From an uncultured Gammaproteobacteria bacterium (lineage in GTDB: Bacteria; Patescibacteriota; Microgenomatia; Woykebacterales; RBG-16-39-9b), in assembly GCA_964360785.1 (NCBI GenBank), contig CAYHXX010000001.1:260187-324186 (forward strand): DNA of 64,000 bases, in the 5' to 3' direction. Each line of letters starts with the position of its first letter. Positions within the stretch are counted from its first letter, which is position 1. Shown here piece after piece: positions 18,447-27,729 of the stretch. The notes beneath the pieces are model-generated. The model was not told the origin of the DNA. It worked only from the letters and a program-made list of their open reading frames with translations, and did no database searches. A program made the translations under genes and the position numbers.

Positions 18447-19813
18447 AGTTTCTTAACTTCTTCTTTAAATAATTGTCCGCGGTTCTTATAGTTTTTGAAC
18501 ATTCCAAAACTGGCACATGCTGGACTTAACAACACTACATCACCTTCTTTGGCAACCTCTTTTACTTGGGAAATTATTTCCGCCATATCCTTAGCTCCCA
18601 CTTTAACCACACCCTTAAAATCTCCAGCTTTTTGAATCGCTTCTTTGATTTTTGGCCCCATTTGGCCGATCAAGATAATTGCTTTGATATTTTTTGCAGC
18701 GGCAATTTCTTTTCCAAGTTCAGTGTAATCCGAACCTTTGTCACTACCACCGAGAATTAAAATTTCCAGTTGGGTGAAACTTTTCAAAGCAGCGATTGCT
18801 GTTTCTGGAGTCGTCGAGAAAGAATCGTTGTAGTATTTCACACCGTTTACTTCACCGACAAACTCAAGTCGGTGCTCGAGTCCTTTAAATTGCCGGACAC
18901 TTTCAGATATTGGAGTAACACCAATCCCAAACGGAGTCACGGCTGCGACCGCTGCAACAATATTTTCTAGATTATGACTGCCGATCAAGCCAACTTCGGA
19001 GCTGGCTATTACCCTTTCAGCCGCCGCCCCGACTCGTCGATAAATTTGGCCGTTGGCGACAAAAACCCCATTGGAGAGCTCCTCTTTGATACTAACTTGT
19101 AGTTTCCTTCCCTCTCCAATATTTAAAAATTCTTGCGTGAGCGGATGATCGATATTTACAATCGTAAAATCCTGTGGGTTTTGGAACTTGGCAATGTTGT
19201 ATTTGGCTTCTTTGTACTCGATGACATCTTTGTGCCAATCAAGATGTTCACTCACCACCATCAGTACAACAGCAACATGTGGGCTTTTCTCAAGATCGAT
19301 AAGCTGGAAACTTGATAGCTCAAGTACGACAATATCTGTTGAGGAGAGTTGTGGTAACAAATCAAGCGCCGGCGTTCCAATATTCCCTCCCAGAAAGGCT
19401 TTCTTTCCCGCTCTCTTTAAAATTTCCGTAATTAAACTTGCAGTGGTACCTTTTCCTTTGGTTCCGGTTACCCCGATTATCGGTGCTGGGCACAGGTCAA
19501 AGAATATTTTGGTATTGCTGGTGATGAGCTTTCCTTCTTTTTTGAAATTCTGAAGTTCAGCTAGATCCGGACGGATTCCCGGAGTTCTGACAAGAACCTC
19601 AAATTTGGAAAGGTTTGTGAGGCATTCTGGGCCTAAAGTCATCTCAATTGAGAGTTGCCTAAACTTTTCTACAATTTCCGGATCCAGCTGACTAACAGTC
19701 TTCTGGTCGAGAACTGTTACATAGGCTCCCTGCTTTTTCAGAAAGGCTGTACTGGAGAGTCCTTCTACTCCTGCCCCCAGAACACCAACAAGTTTTTCTT
19801 TGAAATTTAGCAT
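18443..19813 (-). CDS. murD: UDP-N-acetylmuramoylalanine--D-glutamate ligase
   Basis: 456 aa Mur ligase fold with an N-terminal Rossmann-type GAGVEG motif and a GTKGKGTT P-loop. Confidence 0.85.
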   Translation of the reverse strand: MLNFKEKLVGVLGAGVEGLSSTAFLKKQGAYVTVLDQKTVSQLDPEIVEKFRQLSIEMTLGPECLTNLSKFEVLVRTPGIRPDLAELQNFKKEGKLITSNTKIFFDLCPAPIIGVTGTKGKGTTASLITEILKRAGKKAFLGGNIGTPALDLLPQLSSTDIVVLELSSFQLIDLEKSPHVAVVLMVVSEHLDWHKDVIEYKEAKYNIAKFQNPQDFTIVNIDHPLTQEFLNIGEGRKLQVSIKEELSNGVFVANGQIYRRVGAAAERVIASSEVGLIGSHNLENIVAAVAAVTPFGIGVTPISESVRQFKGLEHRLEFVGEVNGVKYYNDSFSTTPETAIAALKSFTQLEILILGGSDKGSDYTELGKEIAAAKNIKAIILIGQMGPKIKEAIQKAGDFKGVVKVGAKDMAEIISQVKEVAKEGDVVLLSPACASFGMFKNYKNRGQLFKEEVKKL

Positions 19814-20853
19814 TATCGGTTGATAAGGGCAATGAAAATACCAAAAAAAGCAAACACTGCTCCTGCGAGCCAGAACCGCATCGTGACTTTGGTTTCATCC
19901 CAACCTTTAGCTTCAAAATGATGGTGGATCGGCGAGGCCAGAAATACTTTCTTGCCGCTTCTCGTGGCTTTTGACGCCCACTGGATTAGGACTGAAACAG
20001 TTTCTAAGGTAAAGACAAAACCTATCAGTGGTAGCAGTAGTACAGAATTGGATACCAGGGCAATAACCGCTAGCATCGCTCCCAATGCAAGCGCCCCAGT
20101 ATCACCAAGCCAAACACGAGCGGGGTAAATATTGAAGTACATAAAAGCAAGAAGAGAACCAACAATCACTGCGATAAACAAAGATACATCAACAAAGCCA
20201 GTAGTCGAAACCAGAAACCAAAACGCAACCAATGCAATTATCATGAGTCCTGTAACCAGTCCGTCAAGACCATCAGTGATATTGACTGCATTTGAAGTAC
20301 CAACAATCACTAGTGCAGCAAACGGAACATACCAAAGACCAAGTTCGAAATTCTTCGCAATTATCGGTAAATAAACTGAGGACAAATTCATCTTGTCATA
20401 GAGAAGAAAGGCAATACCAAAACCAAGCAGCCACTGAAGTATAAATTTATAACGGATCCGCAAACCCCATGCGCCCTTCATCGAAAAACCGTAAAATTTA
20501 CGAACATCGTCATAAAGCCCAAGTAATCCAAACGAAATCAAGGTCAAGTACAAAATCGCTGCCACCCAATTCACCCCGTACATTTTTGTCACGATGTCAT
20601 ATCCAGGAACTAGCTTGTAGAAAATCGCAGAAAGTAAGATTGTAACGAGAATAACTAAAATTCCTCCTGCATTTGGTGTTCCGACCTTCCAACCATGAAG
20701 TCTATTTACAATGGAGGTAACTGCTCCGAAGATATCGTGCTGATTTTCGCGTTGGCGTTGGAACTTGAGTTTGTAAAGTAGATTGATAAAAGGAACTGCA
20801 GAAATGAAGGTGACACCGAAAGTAAAAAGTAAGATCGCTAAAAGATCAACCAT
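19813..20853 (-). CDS. mraY: Phospho-N-acetylmuramoyl-pentapeptide transferase
   Basis: 346 aa polytopic protein with conserved NAVNxTDGLDGL and HHHFE motifs. Confidence 0.9.
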   Translation of the reverse strand: MVDLLAILLFTFGVTFISAVPFINLLYKLKFQRQRENQHDIFGAVTSIVNRLHGWKVGTPNAGGILVILVTILLSAIFYKLVPGYDIVTKMYGVNWVAAILYLTLISFGLLGLYDDVRKFYGFSMKGAWGLRIRYKFILQWLLGFGIAFLLYDKMNLSSVYLPIIAKNFELGLWYVPFAALVIVGTSNAVNITDGLDGLVTGLMIIALVAFWFLVSTTGFVDVSLFIAVIVGSLLAFMYFNIYPARVWLGDTGALALGAMLAVIALVSNSVLLLPLIGFVFTLETVSVLIQWASKATRSGKKVFLASPIHHHFEAKGWDETKVTMRFWLAGAVFAFFGIFIALINR

Positions 20854-20880
20854 GGTCAGATAATTCTACCAAATTTAAAG

Positions 20881-22083
20881 CTAGCGGTAAACTTCGTAAC
20901 GTTTGAAGGCTACTTCATCAGGGTCAACTTGTTTGCCTTCCATTATCAGTGGAATACGTTCCAGATGTTTTAGCAACGAGCCTTTGAGATAAATCAAATC
21001 ACCAGATTTGACCAAACTAGAAAGCACTCCAGCTGCTTCGAAAACATCATTTACCCAAATTACTGTCCCCCTTTTCATATTTTTCTCAGCTTCCGTAACG
21101 ATATATTTGGTCACCGGCCCAACTGCAATAAGATAATTAGGTTTTACGAGTCCAACTTCTGCACCAACCTGACGATGACCCTTCTCCTCCCATTCGCCCA
21201 GCTCCCCCATTTCCCCAATAACTGCAATCTTTCTTTTGGCGGGATATTCGTCAAGAGCCTGTAATCCAGCAATTGCAGAGGCTGGGTTGGCTCGACGAGA
21301 ATCATTGAGTATTACCGTACCTTTTGGACCCTGTTCAATACTCATGCGACCCTCCATGGGCTTCAAAGACTCTAGTCCTCGTGCGATCAACGAAATATCC
21401 ATGTTAGATAGTATCCCAACAGCTGCCGCCGCCAGACAATTTTCAACAAAGGCAGTTCCAATCAGACTCGTACGGGCTTTGATCATCTGATCTTTATAAT
21501 GAAGATTGAACTCCAGGCCAGTAGCAGTGAGTTTGATTCTATTTGCCCAAACCGAAACTCGGTTTTTGTCAAAGCCGTAGAAAAATACTTTTCCTTTACA
21601 ATCATCGCCCATTCTTCGAACTTCTGGAATTTCATAGTTCAGAACAGCAAACCCATCTTTCGGTACTGCCTTCACTAGTTTTGCTTTTTCTTTGATAATA
21701 TTCTCGAGTGACCCAAGATGTGCCTTGTCTGCATGGACTGGGGAAATACCGGTAACAACCGCAATTTTTGGCTTCGCCAAAGACAAATGTCTATTCATCT
21801 CACCAACACGATCGACTCCATATTCCAAAATTAATTTTTCTTGGTTCGTTAGCTTTAGTATTGTGATCGGAATGTTAAAAGTTGTATCAAGATTTATATC
21901 AGTAGTTAAGGCTTTGAATTTTTGCGATAGCACTGCTTCAATCGCCGCAACCGTATTGGTTTTACCATAACTGCCAGTCACACCAATCACAGTAGCTTTG
22001 CCGTGACTCTGCAACCAAAGTTTTGCCAATAATCGTCGGGAAGTGTGAAAAAAAGGACGCGCAATATTTTTAATTCTACTCAT
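20881..22083 (-). CDS. murF: UDP-N-acetylmuramoyl-tripeptide--D-alanyl-D-alanine ligase
   Basis: 400 aa Mur ligase with a GVTGSYGKT P-loop, located upstream of mraY as in canonical dcw. Confidence 0.8.
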   Translation of the reverse strand: MSRIKNIARPFFHTSRRLLAKLWLQSHGKATVIGVTGSYGKTNTVAAIEAVLSQKFKALTTDINLDTTFNIPITILKLTNQEKLILEYGVDRVGEMNRHLSLAKPKIAVVTGISPVHADKAHLGSLENIIKEKAKLVKAVPKDGFAVLNYEIPEVRRMGDDCKGKVFFYGFDKNRVSVWANRIKLTATGLEFNLHYKDQMIKARTSLIGTAFVENCLAAAAVGILSNMDISLIARGLESLKPMEGRMSIEQGPKGTVILNDSRRANPASAIAGLQALDEYPAKRKIAVIGEMGELGEWEEKGHRQVGAEVGLVKPNYLIAVGPVTKYIVTEAEKNMKRGTVIWVNDVFEAAGVLSSLVKSGDLIYLKGSLLKHLERIPLIMEGKQVDPDEVAFKRYEVYR

Positions 22084-22108
22084 GCGCGAATATTATACAC
22101 AAAAAAGT

Positions 22109-23227
22109 TCATTTGTAGAACCTGGTCACCCGACTTGCGAGGTTGACAACCACTTCATATGGGGAAGTTTGCAGTTTATCCGCAACACCTTCAACTGTGA
22201 TTTCTTCATTACCACTTTTTCCAATCAAAATCACTTCTTCACCGGCTCGAATATCTTCCGGGATATCTGTAATATCAATTGCTGCTTGGTCCATCGATAC
22301 TCGACCCGCCAGTGGTGCTCTGTGACCTTTGATCAAAACTTCACCCCAGTTATAGGGTGCCCGACGAAAACCGTCACCATAACCAACCGCCAGTGTGGCA
22401 ATACGAGAAGGATGACTAACTTTAAAGGCCCGACCGTAACCAACCGTTTCCCCAACTTGAAGTTCATGGGTTTGGACAACCTCAGTTTTGAAAGTTAGTA
22501 CTCTTTTCATTTCCGGTGAAAAAACTGATTTTGAATCCCGATTCAAACCTAGCATTGCAAGGCCCGGCCTTACCATATTGAAATGACCTTCCGGTAAATT
22601 GAAAATTCCGGCTGAGGCGGCGGCACTTTTGACTGGAATATTTATTCCTTCTTTTTCTAATTCGGCGAGAACTTTATTAAATCTTTCCAACTGAACTTTG
22701 GAAAATTCAATGTCACCATCAGCATCTGCAAAATGGGTAAAAATCCCTTCAATCTGTAAATTTGGTAGATCCTGAAGTTTTTTGACAAAGTAGAGTACTT
22801 GGTCTGGTTCCAGACCAAGCCGGTGCATACCAGTGTCGACTTTAACCCAAACCTTGGCAATTTTTTCTCTCCGTCTGGCTGCGGTAACCAGAGCTTTGGC
22901 AACGTCGAGATTTTTAACCGTGGCGGTAACATCGAAGTTAATCATGTCCTCGTAATTTTCCGCCGGGGTATAGCCCAAAATTAGAATTGGAGTTTTTATT
23001 CCGCTGCTACGCAACTCTCGCGCCTCGTAAAAAGAAGAGACGCCGAAGTAGTCAACCTTTGCCTCCTGAGCAATCTTCGCAACTCCCAACGCCCCATGAC
23101 CATAAGCATTGGCCTTGACCACAGCCATAATTTTCACACCATCACCAACGTGTTTTTTGATTACAGAAAGATTGTTTTTGATTGCGGAGGAACCAATTTC
23201 AACCCAAGCAAGACGTGGGATAGACAT
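22109..23227 (-). CDS. alr: Alanine racemase
   Basis: 372 aa with the PLP-binding motif AVVKANAYGHG. Confidence 0.88.
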   Translation of the reverse strand: MSIPRLAWVEIGSSAIKNNLSVIKKHVGDGVKIMAVVKANAYGHGALGVAKIAQEAKVDYFGVSSFYEARELRSSGIKTPILILGYTPAENYEDMINFDVTATVKNLDVAKALVTAARRREKIAKVWVKVDTGMHRLGLEPDQVLYFVKKLQDLPNLQIEGIFTHFADADGDIEFSKVQLERFNKVLAELEKEGINIPVKSAAASAGIFNLPEGHFNMVRPGLAMLGLNRDSKSVFSPEMKRVLTFKTEVVQTHELQVGETVGYGRAFKVSHPSRIATLAVGYGDGFRRAPYNWGEVLIKGHRAPLAGRVSMDQAAIDITDIPEDIRAGEEVILIGKSGNEEITVEGVADKLQTSPYEVVVNLASRVTRFYK

Positions 23228-23249
23228 TTTTCAATTATACCAGAGGAAT

Positions 23250-24050
23250 TTAGAGGAATTTGAAGGTTGTTACAATGGTGTCTAAAACTGAAGTGTCCAA
23301 ATCTTGCTGATTACCTGGAAAGGACTGTATAAGGTAAAAAACCCTTTTGTCCTTAACAGCTAGTATCTCATACTTATTTGTATTCCACTCCCCCTTCCAA
23401 GTTGATCGCATAGCGTTTTGGTGATCTAGCAGAATATAGTCTAGTACTGAAACACCCTCTTTACTAATCCTCCTATCTTCAGCAACTTCATCGAAGGTGT
23501 CATAGGATTCTAGGCTGGCGGTATCATAAGTTATACTCACATCCGTTCCGCTGAGGTAGTAATCTCCAGACACATTTGGCTCTTGGTTAAATTTATAGTC
23601 ACCACTTAATAACCTTATACCGTTTTTATACTCATTTCCAACTGTGAAGTCAGGTGGATAGCTAAAACTAAAATACATTGTTTTGTATTCTTTCCAATTT
23701 GATGAATCCAATTTTTCTGACGAAACATTTCCCTTTTTACCAAAAATTTCTGAGGTTTTATAGTTCTTGGAATTTGCTGAGGAAGTTGAGACTTTGGTTG
23801 TGGTAATTTCATCTTCGGGTATTTTGCTTCCAGACTGGTTCTCGACGTACCACCAAATACCAGCTGTTGCAACGATTGCACCGATCAGAATCAGTCCAAC
23901 TGAAGCAAAAACTTTATGTGTATATACGTTTGGATTTTTGGCTAGTGGGTTTGGTACAGGTTTATCAAGTAGAGATGGAGAGTTTGATGGTGGAATTGCA
24001 ATCGGTGTACTTGCAGATTCTTCAGGCATTAAGATAATTATAACTCGCAA
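23250..24050 (-). CDS. Hypothetical N-terminally anchored surface protein of the TFKFL family
   Basis: The likely start is the internal MPEESAST at about 24029. It has PVPNPLAKNPNVYTHKVFASVGLILIG, the linker TTTKVSTSSANS, the ectodomain motif NWKEYKTMYFSFSYPPDF and the C-terminus IVTTFKFL. Confidence 0.5.
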   Translation of the reverse strand: MRVIIILMPEESASTPIAIPPSNSPSLLDKPVPNPLAKNPNVYTHKVFASVGLILIGAIVATAGIWWYVENQSGSKIPEDEITTTKVSTSSANSKNYKTSEIFGKKGNVSSEKLDSSNWKEYKTMYFSFSYPPDFTVGNEYKNGIRLLSGDYKFNQEPNVSGDYYLSGTDVSITYDTASLESYDTFDEVAEDRRISKEGVSVLDYILLDHQNAMRSTWKGEWNTNKYEILAVKDKRVFYLIQSFPGNQQDLDTSVLDTIVTTFKFL

Positions 24051-24130
24051 GAACTACCGAAGCAAGATATAACCAGAAAGGTTATCGATTATTGTTAATA
24101 ATTGTCAATTCAAACCTGAGTGTCAGACAC

Positions 24131-24505
24131 TTAGGCGTGTTTTTCGATCCAAGAAGCGATTTTTTCGATAGTTGGTTTTGAATTCTCAACCCACAAAGCA
24201 AAATCAACGATATCCCTGTTTGTCGCGGTGAATTTTCTTTTATTTAAGATGAGAAATTCAATCATGGAAATAGTTGCTGTTCTTTTGTTACCGTCAACAA
24301 ACATGTGATTAAGCAGCAACGAGTGAACTAAAGCAGCTGCTTTTATCTCAAGGGTTGGATAAAGATCTTTACCAACAAAAGTTTGCTGAGGCCGCATTAC
24401 CGCCGACTCCAAAAGACCAAGATCACGTAAACCTTGAGATCCTCCGGTTACTTCAACTATCTCGTAGTGAATCTGGATGACGTTCTCTGGAGTTAAATAT
24501 TTCAT
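24131..24505 (-). CDS. doc: Doc (death-on-curing) Fic-fold toxin
   Basis: 124 aa with the Doc variant Fic motif HMFVDGNKRTA. It overlaps the upstream antitoxin gene by 4 nt. Confidence 0.8.
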   Translation of the reverse strand: MKYLTPENVIQIHYEIVEVTGGSQGLRDLGLLESAVMRPQQTFVGKDLYPTLEIKAAALVHSLLLNHMFVDGNKRTATISMIEFLILNKRKFTATNRDIVDFALWVENSKPTIEKIASWIEKHA

Positions 24506-24705
24506 TTCGAAGCAAGCTCTTCGAGGGCGCCGCGGTACTCTTTGATCAAGTTTTGTGTCAAGTCGTGAATTTTTGGATCGGCGTTGAAAATAGGTTCAAT
24601 TGTGAATGACAAGGAATCACCAACTTTAAGGTTTTTTGCTTTGATTTCTGATTTTGGGATTGTTACGGCAAGCGAGTTGCCGACTTTGATAACTTTTTGA
24701 ATCAT
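24502..24705 (-). CDS. AbrB/MazE-fold (SpoVT_AbrB) antitoxin partner of Doc
   Basis: 67 aa containing KVGNSLAVTIPK, a swapped-hairpin AbrB/MazE signature. It is translationally coupled to doc. Confidence 0.7.
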   Translation of the reverse strand: MIQKVIKVGNSLAVTIPKSEIKAKNLKVGDSLSFTIEPIFNADPKIHDLTQNLIKEYRGALEELASK

Positions 24706-24714
24706 GTTAGTACA

Positions 24715-24743
24715 ATGTTAGAACAAAAAGAGCGAGTTGTCAA
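24715..24743 (-). promoter_or_regulatory. Candidate promoter for the antitoxin-doc operon (TTGACA-17-TAACAT, minus strand), with GTTAG direct repeats
   Basis: The minus strand reads TTGACAactcgctctttttgttcTAACAT, followed by tgtactaac and the ATG. TGTTAG is repeated twice next to the start, which may be an operator. Confidence 0.25.
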
Positions 24744-24762
24744 ACTCTGAAATGAGAAAGTT

Positions 24763-25431
24763 TTAAAGGAATTTGAAGGTGGAAAGGATTTGATCTAGCT
24801 CTTTGGAATAATTGGTTCCAGAAGTACTTCCATCATACTCAATAAGGAAAGCATCACTTGATATCTTAATAATATAGCTCACTTTATTTTCGTTATCCTT
24901 AGTAAACTTAAGAGCGGTTTTACCATCGATAACTTTAGTACCAGATTTTGTAAAGTTTTTTTCAAGTATTACGATCTCAGAATCATAATTGCTGTTTAAT
25001 GTTGCTAAACGGAAACCAATGTGGTCATCAATGCCACAAGCTGATTTATCAGGTTTGGTTGGAAAGAACCAAACATTATCTTGCTCACAGACAGTAAAAC
25101 CCCAACTCTTAGGTAGCTTTACGGTAAAATTTTCAGTAAAATCTATACTTTGATCACTTGTAGAATATGTTCTCCAATCAGAAGGTATTTCTGAAGAAGT
25201 TCCTGGTTTTACCGGATTATCAATATTCGAACTTTTGGGAACTCCTTTTAGGAAATCTCCAAGTGGACCGCGATAAATAAAGGCCAATATCCCTCCAACA
25301 ATTATTAACGCGACTATTGCACAGAGAACTACAACTCCAGAAAGAGATTTTGGTTTGGACACATCTTGCGGAGTAGGCGTAGTATTTGTTTGTGGGTTTT
25401 CGACTGGAGCACTTGCAGGTTCTTCAGGCAT
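24763..25431 (-). CDS. Hypothetical N-terminally anchored surface protein of the TFKFL family
   Basis: 222 aa beginning MPEEPASAP, with a TM helix, the ectodomain motif DWRTYSTSDQSIDFTENFTVKLPKSW and the C-terminus ILSTFKFL. Confidence 0.5.
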   Translation of the reverse strand: MPEEPASAPVENPQTNTTPTPQDVSKPKSLSGVVVLCAIVALIIVGGILAFIYRGPLGDFLKGVPKSSNIDNPVKPGTSSEIPSDWRTYSTSDQSIDFTENFTVKLPKSWGFTVCEQDNVWFFPTKPDKSACGIDDHIGFRLATLNSNYDSEIVILEKNFTKSGTKVIDGKTALKFTKDNENKVSYIIKISSDAFLIEYDGSTSGTNYSKELDQILSTFKFL

Positions 25432-25507
25432 TTTCTTAATTATCTAGCAGTTGATATAAATTGTCAATTTAACCTGTAAACTATGGCTGAGGGTCAGGCC
25501 CTTGAAC

Positions 25508-26833
25508 TTAGATTTTCTTGACAATGTTTGCTCCAAGACTTTCAAGCCGACCTTCGAGATTTTCATAACCACGCTCAATCAGCTCGATATTTTCGATAAC
25601 ACTTTGCCCCTTGGCAACGAGTGCTGCCAAAGTTAAGGTTGCACCGGCGCGGATATCTTGCACCACGAGATTAGTTCCGTTCAACTGTGTTGGGCCAGTA
25701 ATTTTAGCAGCGTGAAAAGAGTTTTCCTTTCGATCCGCAGTATTGAAATTGTAAAATTCATCCGGATTTTCAACTTCCGGGTTAAAAAGTTCTATTTTCG
25801 CTCCCATTTTCTGAAGATCTGCAACATACCCAAAACGGTTTTCAAACACTCTTTCGTGTACAACTGACTGCCCCTCTGCTTGAGTCATCAGTGTAACCCA
25901 CAAAGCTTGCCAATCCGTCATAAAACCCGGATGGATGGCTGTTTCAACCGTAGTTGCAAGAAGCGTCCCTTTTGCAAAAAATCTTATGCCTTCTGGAAGA
26001 GTCTCATAACCACCACCGGCTGCAACCACTTTTGCTAAGAAAGCTTTCAAGTGCTCTTCATGGGCTTTCTCAACCAAAATATCCCCGCGGGTTGCAAGGG
26101 CTGCACAGGCAAAAGTAACTACATCGTTGCGGTCGGGCATAAGCTCAAAACTTGCCCCTTTCAAACTTGTAACTCCTTGGATGGTGATTTGTCGATGACC
26201 ACTACGTAGGATTTTCGCTCCCATCAGATTGAGGAAGTTGATAAGATCATTGATTTCTGGTTCCTCGGCTGCATTATTTAATACTGTGTTGCCCCGGGCA
26301 AGAGCGGCAGCCAAAATAAATGTCTCTGTTCCTGTGTGAGTATTTTTCTGAAAAGTGTATTCTGTCCCCACCAACCCGTTTGGCGCTTCCGCTTCGATAA
26401 AACCATTTTCAATTCGTATCTGTACTCTTAACGACTTTAGTGCTTCCACATGGCGATCCAGTGAGCGGGCACCGATATTATCCCCTCCTGGAAGCGGTAC
26501 ACGGGCTTTCTTGAACCTATGCAATAAAACTGGTAGAAACATCGAGGAAGCTCTAGTTTTTTGCCCAAACTCCTGCTTGATTTCGGAACCTTCCAAACCT
26601 TTTCCGCTGACAATCAATGTCTTGTTGTTTCCAACCTCCGCTGTTCCTCCCAAACTCTCAATCAACTGCTTGACTGAGATTACATCACGAATGAAACAAA
26701 TATTAGAAATAGTTGAAGGCTCATCACTCAAGAGTGCTGATAACATCAGTTTGAAAGAAGAATTTTTGGCTCCAAAAACTTTTACGCTACCTTTGAGCGG
26801 AACCCCACCTTCGACAATATATTTCACAACCAA
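25508..26833 (-). CDS. murA: UDP-N-acetylglucosamine 1-carboxyvinyltransferase
   Basis: 441 aa EPSP-synthase-like fold beginning GGVPLKGSVKVFGAKNS. Confidence 0.9.
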   Translation of the reverse strand: MVVKYIVEGGVPLKGSVKVFGAKNSSFKLMLSALLSDEPSTISNICFIRDVISVKQLIESLGGTAEVGNNKTLIVSGKGLEGSEIKQEFGQKTRASSMFLPVLLHRFKKARVPLPGGDNIGARSLDRHVEALKSLRVQIRIENGFIEAEAPNGLVGTEYTFQKNTHTGTETFILAAALARGNTVLNNAAEEPEINDLINFLNLMGAKILRSGHRQITIQGVTSLKGASFELMPDRNDVVTFACAALATRGDILVEKAHEEHLKAFLAKVVAAGGGYETLPEGIRFFAKGTLLATTVETAIHPGFMTDWQALWVTLMTQAEGQSVVHERVFENRFGYVADLQKMGAKIELFNPEVENPDEFYNFNTADRKENSFHAAKITGPTQLNGTNLVVQDIRAGATLTLAALVAKGQSVIENIELIERGYENLEGRLESLGANIVKKI

Positions 26834-27729
26834 TCTCCTAGATAACGAACCTCTTCATGCAACTCAATATCAAACTTCTCTTTTACAGTTTTCTTCATCA
26901 GATCGATAAGTTGTTTAATGTCCGAGGCAGTCGCGTTTCCTGTATTGATAATAAAATTACCATGTTGATCCGAGATTTTGGCTCCACCAATCATAGTACC
27001 TCTCAAACCGCTCTTTTCGATCAGCTCTCCAGCATGAGCTCCTTCGGGATTACGAAAAGTTGAACCGACCGAAGGCCCAGCCGGATGGTGGGTTTTGCGG
27101 ATCATAATATCGCGCACTTTTTCATCAATCTCCGCTTTTGTCATTTTTGGAAGTTGCAGTTTGGCCGAAAGTATTACCTCCCCAGAATCTTGGAAACGAC
27201 TAGTCCGATAAGTGAAATTGGCCGCATCTGAGTGGAGTTTCTTAACCTCGCCTTCTTTATTTATAACCGTAATCGAAACTACCAGGTCGCCAAAAAATTC
27301 TTTCTTGCCTGTGTCGCCGGCGTTCATAAAAATCGCTCCGCCGACAGTTGCCGGAACACGAGTCATCCGCTCCAGTCCTCCCAAACCTCTTTTACCAACT
27401 TCTCGAGAGAGATCAACCATTGAAACACCTGACTCGACCTCAACAAAATCATGGGGCAAAAATTTGATCGCCGCAGCCTTGTTGACGATGACCAATCCGT
27501 TTATTCCTCTGTCTGAAACCAATACATTAGCGCCATTTCCGATAACTGTATATGGTAGCCCAAGCTCAATCGCAGTTTTTACAGCCAGACTTAGTTCTGA
27601 CTCTGAACTCGCTTCAAAATAGAGCTGCGCCGGACCACCAACTTTCATATAAGTATGCAGCTTCATCGGTTCATTGATTTTAACCTTTTCTGAACCGAGC
27701 TTTTCCAGTAATTGTTGCGTGTTTTCCAT
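26824..27729 (-). CDS. murB: UDP-N-acetylenolpyruvoylglucosamine reductase
   Basis: 301 aa with FAD-binding PCMH domain motifs (GGPAQLYFE, GNGANVLV). Confidence 0.85.
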   Translation of the reverse strand: MENTQQLLEKLGSEKVKINEPMKLHTYMKVGGPAQLYFEASSESELSLAVKTAIELGLPYTVIGNGANVLVSDRGINGLVIVNKAAAIKFLPHDFVEVESGVSMVDLSREVGKRGLGGLERMTRVPATVGGAIFMNAGDTGKKEFFGDLVVSITVINKEGEVKKLHSDAANFTYRTSRFQDSGEVILSAKLQLPKMTKAEIDEKVRDIMIRKTHHPAGPSVGSTFRNPEGAHAGELIEKSGLRGTMIGGAKISDQHGNFIINTGNATASDIKQLIDLMKKTVKEKFDIELHEEVRYLGDWL

